A stretch of DNA of 64,000 nucleotides. It comes from Oikopleura dioica (lineage: Eukaryota; Animalia; Chordata). Positions 12,477 through 24,200 of the stretch are shown piece after piece. The stretch is taken from the NCBI GenBank assembly GCA_907165135.1, contig OU015569.1:186001-250000 (forward strand). Direction: 5' to 3'. The notes under the pieces are model-generated. The model made no database searches. It saw nothing but the letters and a program-made list of their open reading frames with translations, and was not told the origin of the DNA. A program made the translations under genes and the position numbers. Position 1 is the first letter of the stretch. Every line of letters starts with the position of its first letter.

Positions 12477-15381
12477 CTGAACAAAAAGAGTTATTGAAAC
12501 TTTGAGATCGAAAAAGAGACTTAAGGGTGTCAACAACGATTTTTGATCGATTTTTTCGATCTTTTTGGATCGTTGTTGACACCCTTAATTCTGGGCTCGA
12601 AAACCTGCGTAGGAAACCTGAGTCAGGATTTTTATTCAAGGTTTTACAAATCCTGACTCAGATTTTCTACACAGGTTTTCGAGCCCAGAATTAAGGGTGT
12701 CAACAACGATTTTTTGGATCGATTTTTTGAAATCGTTGTTGACACCCATAATTCTGGGCTCGAAATGTGACTCTGATCATGTGAATCATGTGAAGAGTCC
12801 TTAATTTCAGGAAATTAGATTCATTACGGTATTTCGGAAATATTTGCTAACTCGATCAATTGATCAAATTCGTCACTTCTCGGAAAAACGAAACGCGTTT
12901 ACGTTTTTACGCAAACTAACTCAAAACTAAAAACTCGATAATCCGAGTACTACCTTCTCGTAACCGTGTTTTCAGTGAAAACGGGCCCGGCAATTTTTGA
13001 AAAAACGAAAAACGGCAGCTTTCATCTCCCCGAGTTTTAACTAAACATGCGGCTGATGAGTTAAGGGGACCTGGATTCTTTTCTGTTGATTATTTTCGTC
13101 CCTTTTTTCGGATCTTTTTATTACAAGAATATTCTGTTCTTCCTGTCTAGAAAACCTGAGTCAGGCTCTAAAGAGCCAAAATTAAAAGCCGCTAGTAATT
13201 AATTATAGATTTAAGGGTGTCAACATCGATTTTATCGGATTTCATCAGGTATATTGCGGCTTCATTTTAGCTCTTTAGAACCTGACTCAGGTTTTCTACA
13301 CAGGTTCCCGAGCCGAGCTTTCTGTCCATAATAAATTAAGGGTTTATCTATACTAATTCTGGATAATTATCTCCGTTATTCTGGATGAAAATCGAATTGC
13401 TTTGTAAAAGAGTGAATTTGGTATGAAAATTGATCTATCAAAGAGGAAGTTTATATTCACAAAAACACGGAAATGGACAGAAATGGGCCTGTTTTGTATG
13501 GGAAAATATTTGCAAAAGTTTTTTCTTACTTCCTAAAATTTATAATTATAATTATGATTATGATTGTTCTGGCTCTTAATTCTCACGTTCTGGATTTATC
13601 TTTTACGTTGAAATCCTAACTGTTTCATAATATTACCAAGTTACCTTTCGCAAGGTTTGGATTTGCTTGTTTTAGAAACAATCTTTGCTCTCTCTTTTTC
13701 TCTTTTTCAATAGAAAATAGGAGTTATGCAGAGCTGGCAAAATCTGCGCGGCCGCATTGACCCGTGATATTCATGCTCTGGTCGCTAATAATCGAAAAAC
13801 AATGTTCCAAAATCTGAATTCCTCGTTTTTTCTCAACTCTCAGCTTAACATAGTGACACCCTTATTTTCAAAAGAAAAATCGAGAAGCCGCTTGCTGCTT
13901 CGAGTTCACAAATAAAAGGCCGCGCTTCGCGCGGCTTCGATTTTATGAGCTCGAAGACGCAAGCGGCTTCTCGATTTTTCTTTGAAAATACGGGTGTCAC
14001 TATGTTAAGTTTCGGAGAAAAGGATGAATTAAATTCAATTTTGGAAGGCTTGTTGCAATTTCGCAGCGACGGTGCTTGACCTGGCATTTGACTTTTGCGC
14101 AAATTTTTCATAAAATTTTGCGGCACGTCGATACGCTGAGATTAGCCAGCTCCGGACGGATTAGCGTTGGGCTTAATAAGTTCAGAGACTTTAAGACTCT
14201 TGTTATGGGCTTTGCGAATTAAGTTGCTTTCTCGCATTCTCACGTTGTTTCTAAAAAAAGGGCGCAAAATTTGATTGAAATTTTCGCGAAAACCTATGTT
14301 TCAACCTGTGTTACTTCTAGAAAAGCCTGAGTCAGGATTTGGGAAAAGCTCTTTCTGACCCTGACTCAGGTTTTCCACACAGGTTGCCGAGCCTTTTCTC
14401 AACACTGAACTTGACATAGTGACATACTTATTTTCAAAAGAAAAAGTCGAGAAGCCGCTTGCGGCTTCGAGCCAAAAATCGAAGCTGCGCGCGGCTTTTA
14501 TATTTCAGAACTCGAAGCCGCAATCGGCTTCTCGATTTTTTCTTTTGAAAATAAGGGTGTCACTATGTTAAGTCTAGGAGAAAAGTCTGACTAAAAATCC
14601 AATTCAAGGTCGTCTACCCCCTTAAATTCGAACGACTGGACGCGCAACATGTATATTATGAGGGCGGAAGATCGAAGCCAGGAGTGAGAAAGTTGTAACA
14701 AGCATTTTGAAGCATGTTTTACGGCTTTTTAGCAGCAACAGTAATTAGCAGCGCTTTTAGCGAGAAATATAATTTTTTAATCAAAGTTTTGGTGGTGCCC
14801 GGACGCGCAATTTACGGCTCAATCGGACCCGCGAATCAGGGCATAAACAAGAAACGAGAAGTTGAGTCAGGACTTATGAAGAGAGAAAGAGGGGTGGGGA
14901 AAAACGTGAGCAGGGTACTGTATTGTATACTGATGAAATTACAATTAGAGCACGTGAAAAAAGCGAGAAAGCGAGGTAGAAATTTCGACTTTGCAACTTT
15001 TCTGGTGCTTTTTGAGAGACCCATATTTTAGATGATTTCAAACATCGCCCAAAATAAAGATCTATCAATAAAACAAAGAACTATATCCAAGCAGACACCC
15101 TTAATCAAGGTAGAAAATCGTAATTTCACAGATTTTGATGCGTTATTCTAGTGATACCCTTATTCTAAATTGCTCGAATTATGGCTCAAAATAAGGACCA
15201 ATCATCGACGTTTTCAAAAAACGATATCTGAGGGTATACCCTTAATCCAGGAGGAAAATCGTAACAGAAAAACTAACTCTGATGCTCCGATTTTCGACCA
15301 AAATCAATTCGAGAAAGAGTGCTACTGTATGATGCTGTACGATTACGATTTAAACGAGCACAAGTGAGGGAGTCGGGCACA

Positions 15382-15454
15382 GTTCCTGTAGTGTAGTGGT
15401 TATCACGCTCGCTTCACACGCGAGAGGTCTCCGGTTCGAACCCGGACAGGAACA
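15382..15454 (+). tRNA. tRNA-Val, anticodon CAC
   Basis: 73 nt cloverleaf: acceptor stem GTTCCTG/CAGGAAC, D arm TAGTGGTTA, anticodon arm CTCGC-TTCACAC-GCGAG, T loop GGTTCGAACCC, T-run terminator just downstream. Confidence 0.95.
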
Positions 15455-18291
15455 TGCTTTTTGAATTTTTGACTTTTGCTCTTTGCCGAGAAGCGCCACC
15501 AAGTGTTTCGAGACATTTGATTGGCTGAGAGACAAAAGTCGATCTTCGTCGTTATGTGAGCTTGTGAAATAAGGGTACCACGTTGATAAATACAGAGTCT
15601 CTTTCAAAATCCTGTTTAACAAGGTCTACACCCTTAAATTTTCTAGTAGCTAAAAAGCTGCGGAAATTCTAAATTCTAGCGCTAGAATTAATTTGATTTT
15701 GGAGTTATTTTTTGTTGGAACGTTCGTTTTTTCGAAACTCGAAAAAGTAAGTGTAAGGTTGAGGACGAAACACTTATTCGTTATTTGACTGAGCGCTGTT
15801 CTATTGAATTTCAAGCTCTAAAAGCGTTGTTTCATCACTTCTTTCCTCCCAGTCTGGTCTCAGCAACCTGCGTGAAAAACCTGACTCAGGGTATTTGATA
15901 ATAGATTGAACTGATAATCTGTTGAAAAATGAGAAAATTTAAGGTTGTAGACCTCGTTAACCAGGATTTTAGAAAAACCTGCATTTATCAACGTGATACC
16001 CTTATTTCAAAAGCGAGATTCAAGAAAAAGCATTGAAACTTCACTTTGACCAGCTGAAATAAGGGTGGCACCGCGATAAATTCAAGAAAAAATTCAGCCA
16101 AAATCCTAGTTAACGAGGTCTACATCCTTAATATACATTTTCTCAAAAAAAACGTGAAGACAATTTTTTTAATCACTTATTTTTGATCGCTATTAGAATA
16201 AGGGTATCACGTTGCTAAATTTCGAAAAAAACATTCTGCGCGTAGAAATTAAAATTTATGACGTAAAAATCCAGAAAAAACGTGCTTGGTATTATTTTCG
16301 ATAGCAGCCAATTTTAAATTATTTCCAAAACTGAGACAATCTCTAATTCAATCGCTATTTTCAAAACATGGAAACAGAGAACGTGTAAAACGAAAACTCT
16401 CAAAAAAGAAACAGTTCTTTTTCAATTAAAAAATAAACTTCCTTTTTCCCGTTTTAAAATTGCTAATGAGCGTTTAATTTAATTCCGCCTGATTATCCTG
16501 ATCTCCCCATCTTTAATTTGACGTGCTGGCGAAAAGCCAGATTTCAAGCCTTGATTTTTTAGTTTAAAAAATATTTTCAGCAATTCAAAAGAAAAAAATG
16601 AATTAGAAAATTATTTATTTTTCCCAAAACAAAGATTTAAATAAATTAAAATTCCGCATTTTTTATTGCAAAAAAATGACTAATTACTGATTCAACTCGA
16701 CTTAGGAAAGGGATGATTAAGGGGGTCTACTCACAAAAAAAGGGTTTTCTAAAATCTTCTTAATTCGGTTTATCTACCCTCTCGCCCAGCAAAGGGCACA
16801 AATTCTAGCGCAAAGGTCATGATCGAAATAAACGGCAAGGAAAAATCACAAGGAAAAATTAAGGAGTAGACATCGTTAATCAGGATTTTCTCTCTTGGTA
16901 TTTTTCTTGCTAATTTTAAGTCGTGAAACCCTTATTTTTTCTGATTAAAATAAATGTGAGGCACTTATTTTATTCGAGAAAGAAAAAAATTATCGGGGTC
17001 TACTCCCTTTATTTAAAATTGGAGATCAGGGGACTTTTCCAGTAAATTATTAATAATTTTATTTTCTGATAAAAGTATGATTACACAAAAAATTTTAAAT
17101 ATATTCATACAGTTATTTAACAGTTTTAAAAGGTTAATTACTGTACCTAAAAGATCTGCCATGATTTAAAATTCAATTCAGCTTTCTTTTTTCTTCGAAT
17201 TCAAGTTTTCTTTTCAAATTTCTTTTCTCGTAAAAATCTTCGTTTTTTAGCTCTTTCTTCCTTTTCAGATTTCGTATTTTTCAACTTTGCTCTCTAGAAT
17301 TATGTTTTTTCAGCGAAGGATTCCGAGTCTCTTGTGTGCTGGGGCAGCTTGCATCGATGGTACAAGCTGGTTCCTCGTGGTAGCCAATAACCGCGCGGTT
17401 CCACGCGTGGGCGGAGTACTCGCAACCTCTTTCCCTGATCAGCACTCGCGAAAAGCGCCTCGCGAGCGCCACCTGAGCGGGCAGAGCGCGCCCCTCCATC
17501 GCCACCTGCCGCCCGAGCGAGCCAGCAAAACATACGCGCAACTCTTCTAAAATATACACATCCTAATTATTGCCACGATTTGTTACGAGAAAATCGCGAA
17601 ATTTTTCAGTAAAAATCCGAATCAATCCGAAATTCACGCTCAAAAATTGAAAAAGGAAGTGCTTTTTGAGTTTTTGAGCTGAGCCGCGAAGATATTTTAT
17701 ATCTTTTGCGTTGTAAATAAACTCGCGAAAGGTTAAATAAACCGAAATCTCAAACGCTCCTCGAAAGTCGTTAATTCTAGCGCGGATTAGAGCAAAATTA
17801 AATTACTCTCCATTTCAAAAGAAGGTTCAAAAAGGTAGTAAAGCAATTTGAATTTAAGGGTGTCCCCAACGATCTAGGCCGAGCATGATTTAGCAAAATC
17901 GTTGGGGACACCCTTAAGGGAGTCACAAGCCTTTCTCTCCTCAAGAAAAATGGTTACAAAAGAGTTGTGCGTCGGAGAATAATTGTTTGAGCAGTTGCAA
18001 GTGCACGGACAAGGGTCGGAATTAGCCGTGGATGCGGAAGAAAAGCCGACCTGTAAACAATCACATGACTAGGAGGAATGACCCGCAAAGGAGCGAAAAA
18101 GAGTGTAAAAGAGAAAGAGTAGTTCTCTTTTCGATCAACAAGAAACAAAAATAATCTTGCTCCGAGCTTGTTACAAATTGAAGAACAAGTTTGTGGAGAT
18201 GAAGAATAGTCGAATTAGAAGTTTCAAATTTATTTTCAGTTTATACAAAAAGAAAGCAGTAGAAATGAAAATGACAGTAAAAAATGAAAAA

Positions 18292-21200
18292 TCAAAGGGC
18301 ATTTTTCATGCTTTCGAAGACAGCATTTGCGTCGTATTTGTCGTCCCAGCCCTGGAAGAAGCCTGAAAAAGAAACGATTTTAAGGGTGTCACCATCGAAA
18401 TGTGAAATTCAAACCTCTTGAGGACCTAGATAAAGGTCTGACCTTTTTATTGGTTAGAAAAATAAGGGTGTCAATGTGTTAATTTTTGGAGAAAAATCTG
18501 TTGAAAAATTGTCATTAACGAACTATACTCCCTTAACTCGGGTCATTAAAAGAGCAAATTTTCGATAGAATTTTTCTATTCTTATTAACTTAGTGATACC
18601 CTTAATTTATTAGGTAAAAGAAAAATTGAAAGCGCGACTTATCTAACTGGAATCTACGTTCGTCGATTTAAGAGCTCTACCCCTTAATTGCGCCCCAGTG
18701 CATTTCTAACCTTTGAATGCGAGCGGTTCCTTGCCATCTTCGATGATGGAAAGCTTCTTTCTTCCGGGACAGCCGGCGGCGTATCTCCTCGCGATCCTAT
18801 AATTTATCGTTACTTGTAATTCCTCTACCATTATCTTAGATTCTCCGAGAATAACTCGTTTCCGTTTCTACAAGCAAAATACCAAGCGAAACTGAAACTC
18901 ACTCTGGCCCGTCTTTTCGTTCATTCGCGTTGGCTTTTTGCCCAGCCAGACGTAGATCATCGCCCCTCCGTCCAGAATCATCACGTCTTCGGGAATCAAA
19001 TCGCCCTGCGTAAAATCCTCGCCGATTTCCTCCACCTGCATCTTTCCGCTTGCGTCGGAGCAGACGAACAGCTTCGCGTTGTCGATTGCATCTGCGTCGT
19101 CGATTTTCGCGTACTCTTTCTTTCCGCCGATTGCGTCCCTGAAAAAATGGATTAAGGAATTGGATACCGCGACTCTCATTTTAATTGAGTTGTTTTCCCT
19201 GGAATTTTCCGAATATTACTCAAATAAAATCGAGAAGCCGCTTGCGGCTTCGAGTCAAATGAGTGAAAAGCCGCGCTTTTCACAAAACAAATTGGTTCAT
19301 TGAAAAATCCGATAAGCCGCTTGCGGCTTCGAGTAAGAATATTGAAAAGCCGCGCGTAGCGCGGCTAATTTGGACTAGCTCGAAGCCGCAAGCGGCTTAT
19401 CGGATTTTTCAATGAAGAAATTTGTTTTGTGAAAAGCGCGGCTTTTCAGTCTCATTTGACTCGAAGCCGCAAGCGGCTTCTCGATTTTAATAGTAATATT
19501 CGGAAAATTCCAGGGAAAACAACTCAATCAAAATGAGAATCGCTTTTTCTATTATCAATTACCAGAACTCTTGGGGCTCTTTTTCTTCCTCAATCTGCTT
19601 GATCTTGCATCCATCAACGACCAAGTCCAAGGCTTCTTCCGCGGCGGTGAGTTCGGCCGCGTTGCTGCCCTTTCCTTTCCACATCCAGCAGTTCTTGTCC
19701 TTTTTACAGTTTTCGCGGAATTCCGCGATTTGCAAAGAATTTAGATTGTTCTTTCGAATTGAACGTTTGTATCTGAGCTTGGGGGCTGGAGAATAAATGC
19801 AGCGCAAGATGCGGATTTGCTGAATTTTTGCGAATTCTAGCGCGACTCTCGATCGAGCGAAAACCGCGCCTTGACGAGAATGAAAATGTCGTTCGAGTTG
19901 AGATTCTCGGCGGTAACGGCGACCTCCACATTTCTAAAATTTTAAAGGCGGTCAGTTCACGAATCGCGCGTGTTCGATTTCGTGTAATTATTTTAGCTAT
20001 GCAGAGTGGAACGCCGCACTCTCAGTTACAATAAGCGAATTGATCATTTTTCTTTTTTAGAAAAAAGTTTGATCTGATTCATTTCGATCACGTGGCTTGA
20101 TCGATTCGGATTCCGGAAATCCGATTAGCAGTTAGTACTGTTTAGGAGTTTTACGAATTTTGAGAGTTAACATAGTGACGCCCTTAATAAAAATAATAGC
20201 TAATTAGTAATTGCTAAGTGAGTGGTGTTCAATTTCATTTTCCGGGAAAATTACAATTTTTACTCGGATAAAATAAGGGTATCACCATATAGTACCACCA
20301 TATAATATCGTGATACCCTTATTTTATCCGAGGTAGAATTATAGTTTCAAGAATGAAATTGAACACCACTTAATTAGCTAATTGCTAATTAGCCATTTTT
20401 TTATATTAAGGGCGTCACTATGTTAATTATATTTTTGCATGAACTTTTTCTCATGTGAGTTTGTGTATTTTCTTTCCCGGCCGTCTGGAAAAAGACAGGA
20501 ATGCCGGAAGAAAAATGCGTGTACGATTCCGTTCTCACGTGTTCGTTTTGACAAGCTGGGTCAGTTTTACCTCGTGTAGCCGTGGATCGATGAGCGACAG
20601 TGGAACATGGTCGGGTTCAGCTTCGCCGTTTGGCCGCCTTTTCGCGACGTGCCGCCCCTGGAAATAATTTTTTTAATTTAAAAAAAGAAGAAAAGGGTAA
20701 AAATTCTGAGGCGGAATCTGATACCGAGCTCGAGCGTTTAAAATTCAGTAAAAGCGCTTTTAGAAAAACGCTATCGCACGAAAACGAACCTGTAGATAAT
20801 GAAGTTTTGGAATATCTTCTGGAGGTGGTGCGGCTCTTTGCCCTGTTGGACGCGCACCTGCTGCCAGCCGCCCTTTTCCTTCGCCAGGTTAACTGTGTGG
20901 TGCGCCGCAGCTAGATTTTTGGCTCCAAGACATGTTCAATTAGAAATACTGATTTATAACCAATGTATAAGCCGAGAAAAAGCTCAAAACTTCCATTATT
21001 TTGGACTTAATTAAGGGTGTCACTATGTAAAAGACAGAATTTTTTGATTGATTTGGTCGAATAAAGCTTCAAACTTCATGTTTGCACAAGAAAATAAGGG
21101 CGTCTCTATGATAAGTGAAGGAGAAAATGCTGCTCGAAAATCGCGATTACTGATGTCTACCCCCTTAATAATTAAATAAGGAAGACATTTAGAAACCCAA

Positions 21201-24200
21201 CTTCCAAGAAGCGTTTTTTCCTAAATATACAGTAAGATAGAGATACCCTTATTTTCTCCTGTGATCCTGAAGTTTAAAGCTTTATTAGACCAAATCAAAT
21301 TGAAAAATTGCCTTATTTTATTAAAAAAAATGAAGTTCAAAACGATTTAAAAATCGATAAACACAAAAATGATAGAGCCATTCCTGTATGTTCATCTATA
21401 GTGGAGTTAGCACCGAGCCAGAAGTAGACAACTTCAGTTTTTGGACGAGTCCTAAACAAAGCGCTAAAGATTTCCATTTGAAAAGGTTGAGCCGCAAAAG
21501 AACGTTGCCCGTTTTTGTTTCGCAACAAAGTCCGCCAGGCTTTGATTCAAAACACGATGCAATTAGCCAAAAACGAGCGTACTTGTGATTGCAGTAAGCG
21601 ATGATGTAGCAGTCGCCGCCGTAGAATTGTCCAAAATCGTCGCGTTCGATTTTCGCCATTTCAGAGCCACTTTTCGAGCCGGTCTCGATTCGGTAGACTT
21701 CCACTTCTCCTCGACCATCGTCTTTTTTGGATTTCAAAACTTTGACCGGTTCCGATTTTTGACCAAATTTTTGACTCAAGTTTCCGAAAAATTGGGTAAA
21801 ATCCGAGAAGCCGCTTGCGGCTTCGAGTTAAATTAAAAAGCCGCGCGTAGCGCGGCTAATTTACTGAATAAGCAAGAAGCCGCAAGCGGCTTCTCGGATT
21901 TTACCCAATTTTTCGGAAACTTGAGTCAAAAATTTGGTCAAAAATCGGAATCTCCTAGAGAGCAAATTAGTTCACAGATACAGGTGTGGTTCCTTCAACT
22001 GTTTTTATTTTTCATTTTCTTAATTCACGAAACCGAGAAAGAGAGAGGGAGGGAAACCGCTGGAGTGGCTGTCACCTGCCTGGACCGAGCTGCAGCGGGG
22101 GATAATTCTATTTTCGCCCAGTTCTATTTCACGCTGCTCCGCTCTCTCTTTTTCTTTACTTTCTATTTACTGTTTTGGGAACGCTGGGTTTTACGAATTC
22201 GCTGCTGCCGAGCACTGGAGCAGCTTCCGGCTCAGCCCGGTTTAGATTTCCCAGCAGAGCAAAGGAAGGGTCACATTTGAGGCCATAACGAGGCCCAATT
22301 ACGAGAGGCCCCCTCCAGAGTCCAGAAAACCAGTCCTTCGATTTTGGGCGCATCGCTGGTCGAAGCTCGCGAATTAGATCGCATTGCTCCGTCAATGTCG
22401 ACATGTTCGATCCCTAAATTCACCGTTTACTGATTTTACCTTCCGTAAACAAGCACGTCGCATTTGGAAAATAACATGTAACTTTTGACTCGAAAGTTAC
22501 AGTAAGAAAAAGAGCGAACAGTGCTCGGCAGAGTTGCAAATTTTGTGAGCTAGCTGAGCTGAGCTATCTGAGATAGCTGAGCTACAGCTCAGCTCAGCTC
22601 AGCTCAGCTCAGCAATTTTGAGGTGAGGGTCAGCTCAGCTCAGTTGTTTTCTATGAGGAGCCAGCTCAGCTCAGCTCAGCTCAGTTTCAACCTCAGCTCA
22701 GCTAGCTCAGCTCAGAAAAAATTTCAAAAATTTGCAACTCTGGTGCTCGGAAGCCTGTGTTAAAACCTGAGTCAGGATCTTAAATAAAAAGCCGCGTAGC
22801 GGCTTTTTAAAACCGAAGCCGCGCAGCGGCTTTTAGAGAAACGAAGCCGCAAAGCGGCTTCGCCTTTAACTATTTTATTGTATTTTCAAGTATTGGCGAA
22901 GCCGCTGCGCGGCTTTTTATTTAAGCTTTTATATGACCCTGACTCAGGTTTCGACACAGGCTGCTGAGATTCTAGTAATGGCGTGATTCATTCAAGTATT
23001 TTTGGAATGCTTTTAAAAGCGGGTGCTTAAAAACGTAGACGAGCGGTTAAGAGCTGCTGATAAATTATCAGTAGTGAGCGCGAGTGTACGTAAATTGGGG
23101 GCAGAGAGAGAGCGCGACTCTCTGAAAAGAAAAACAAACTCGAAAGAGAAGCACTTCCGACTTTAGACACGTGTAAACCGCCAGGAGCTGGACAGATTCC
23201 TGATTCGTGATTTCTGGAAAAAGGCCAGTCCGTTTACCTTTGATAGTTTTAGCGATGGAGTTTTCGACGTATGCCTTTCCAATTCCTTGCGTCTAAACGA
23301 AGCGTCAAATCGTGTTTTGGCGATCCTGGCTCACCTGGTTAGCCACCTTCCAAGAGGCGAACAACTGCTTGAAAGGAGCGGTCTCCGTGCCCTGGCTCAG
23401 GCCTTCTATTTGCGGCTGACCCTGAATGTACTTTTTTAATTCGATGTTTTGAGGTCACTCTTCTTGAAAAACGGAGTCTCACGGATTCGTGTAGTTGAGT
23501 TTATTTTTATGTACACACGAAATACATAAATACGTATGTACCTATCAACGTTTTTGCATTAGAAATTCATTTAATTTGATTAAGGGTATACACTCCGAAA
23601 GATAGATTTTTCATCAATAAAAAATGAAAAATGAGAATTGTTAGCTCGATTTTGAAAGAAAATTATTAAGGGTATCACTGCAAAAAAACATTGCCAGGGA
23701 TATCCTTAAATGTTAAGGGTATCCACTCGGAAAGACAGATTTTTCAACAATAAAAAATGAAGAATGAGAGTTGTTAGCTCAAATTTGAAATAATTTTATT
23801 AAGGGTATCACTGCAAATACAACATTGCTCTGGATATCCTTAAACGTTAAGGGTATCCACTCGGAAAAGAGAGTGACTACTGATTCCTTGACAAACTGCG
23901 GTTATTTTCGACTCAAAACGTTAAAAAATATTAAGGGTATCACTTCAAAAAAGCAAGGAAAAGTAATTCTAAAAAGATGAAAAAGGGAGTGATGACCTTA
24001 AATAACTCAAAAGCAAAGACCCTAAGTTCTCCGGAATCGAGCTAATAGGCCGCCTTTCTCGTGGGAAGAGGGCAGCTCTTGTTGCGCGCCCTGGAATCGG
24101 CGGGGCCGAGCGGTTACCTTGAATCCAATCGCCGATAAGAATTCGTCAATTCCCACAAGAATTTTCTTTCTCAGCTCTTTGGGGCACTCTTTGCCTTTCC

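Noticed and set aside
24022-24117. In-frame continuation of a gelsolin exon (VTARPRRFQGAQQ...)
   Set aside because: Homology continues instead at GQPQIEGLSQGTETAPFKQLF (~23421), so this is intronic read-through.
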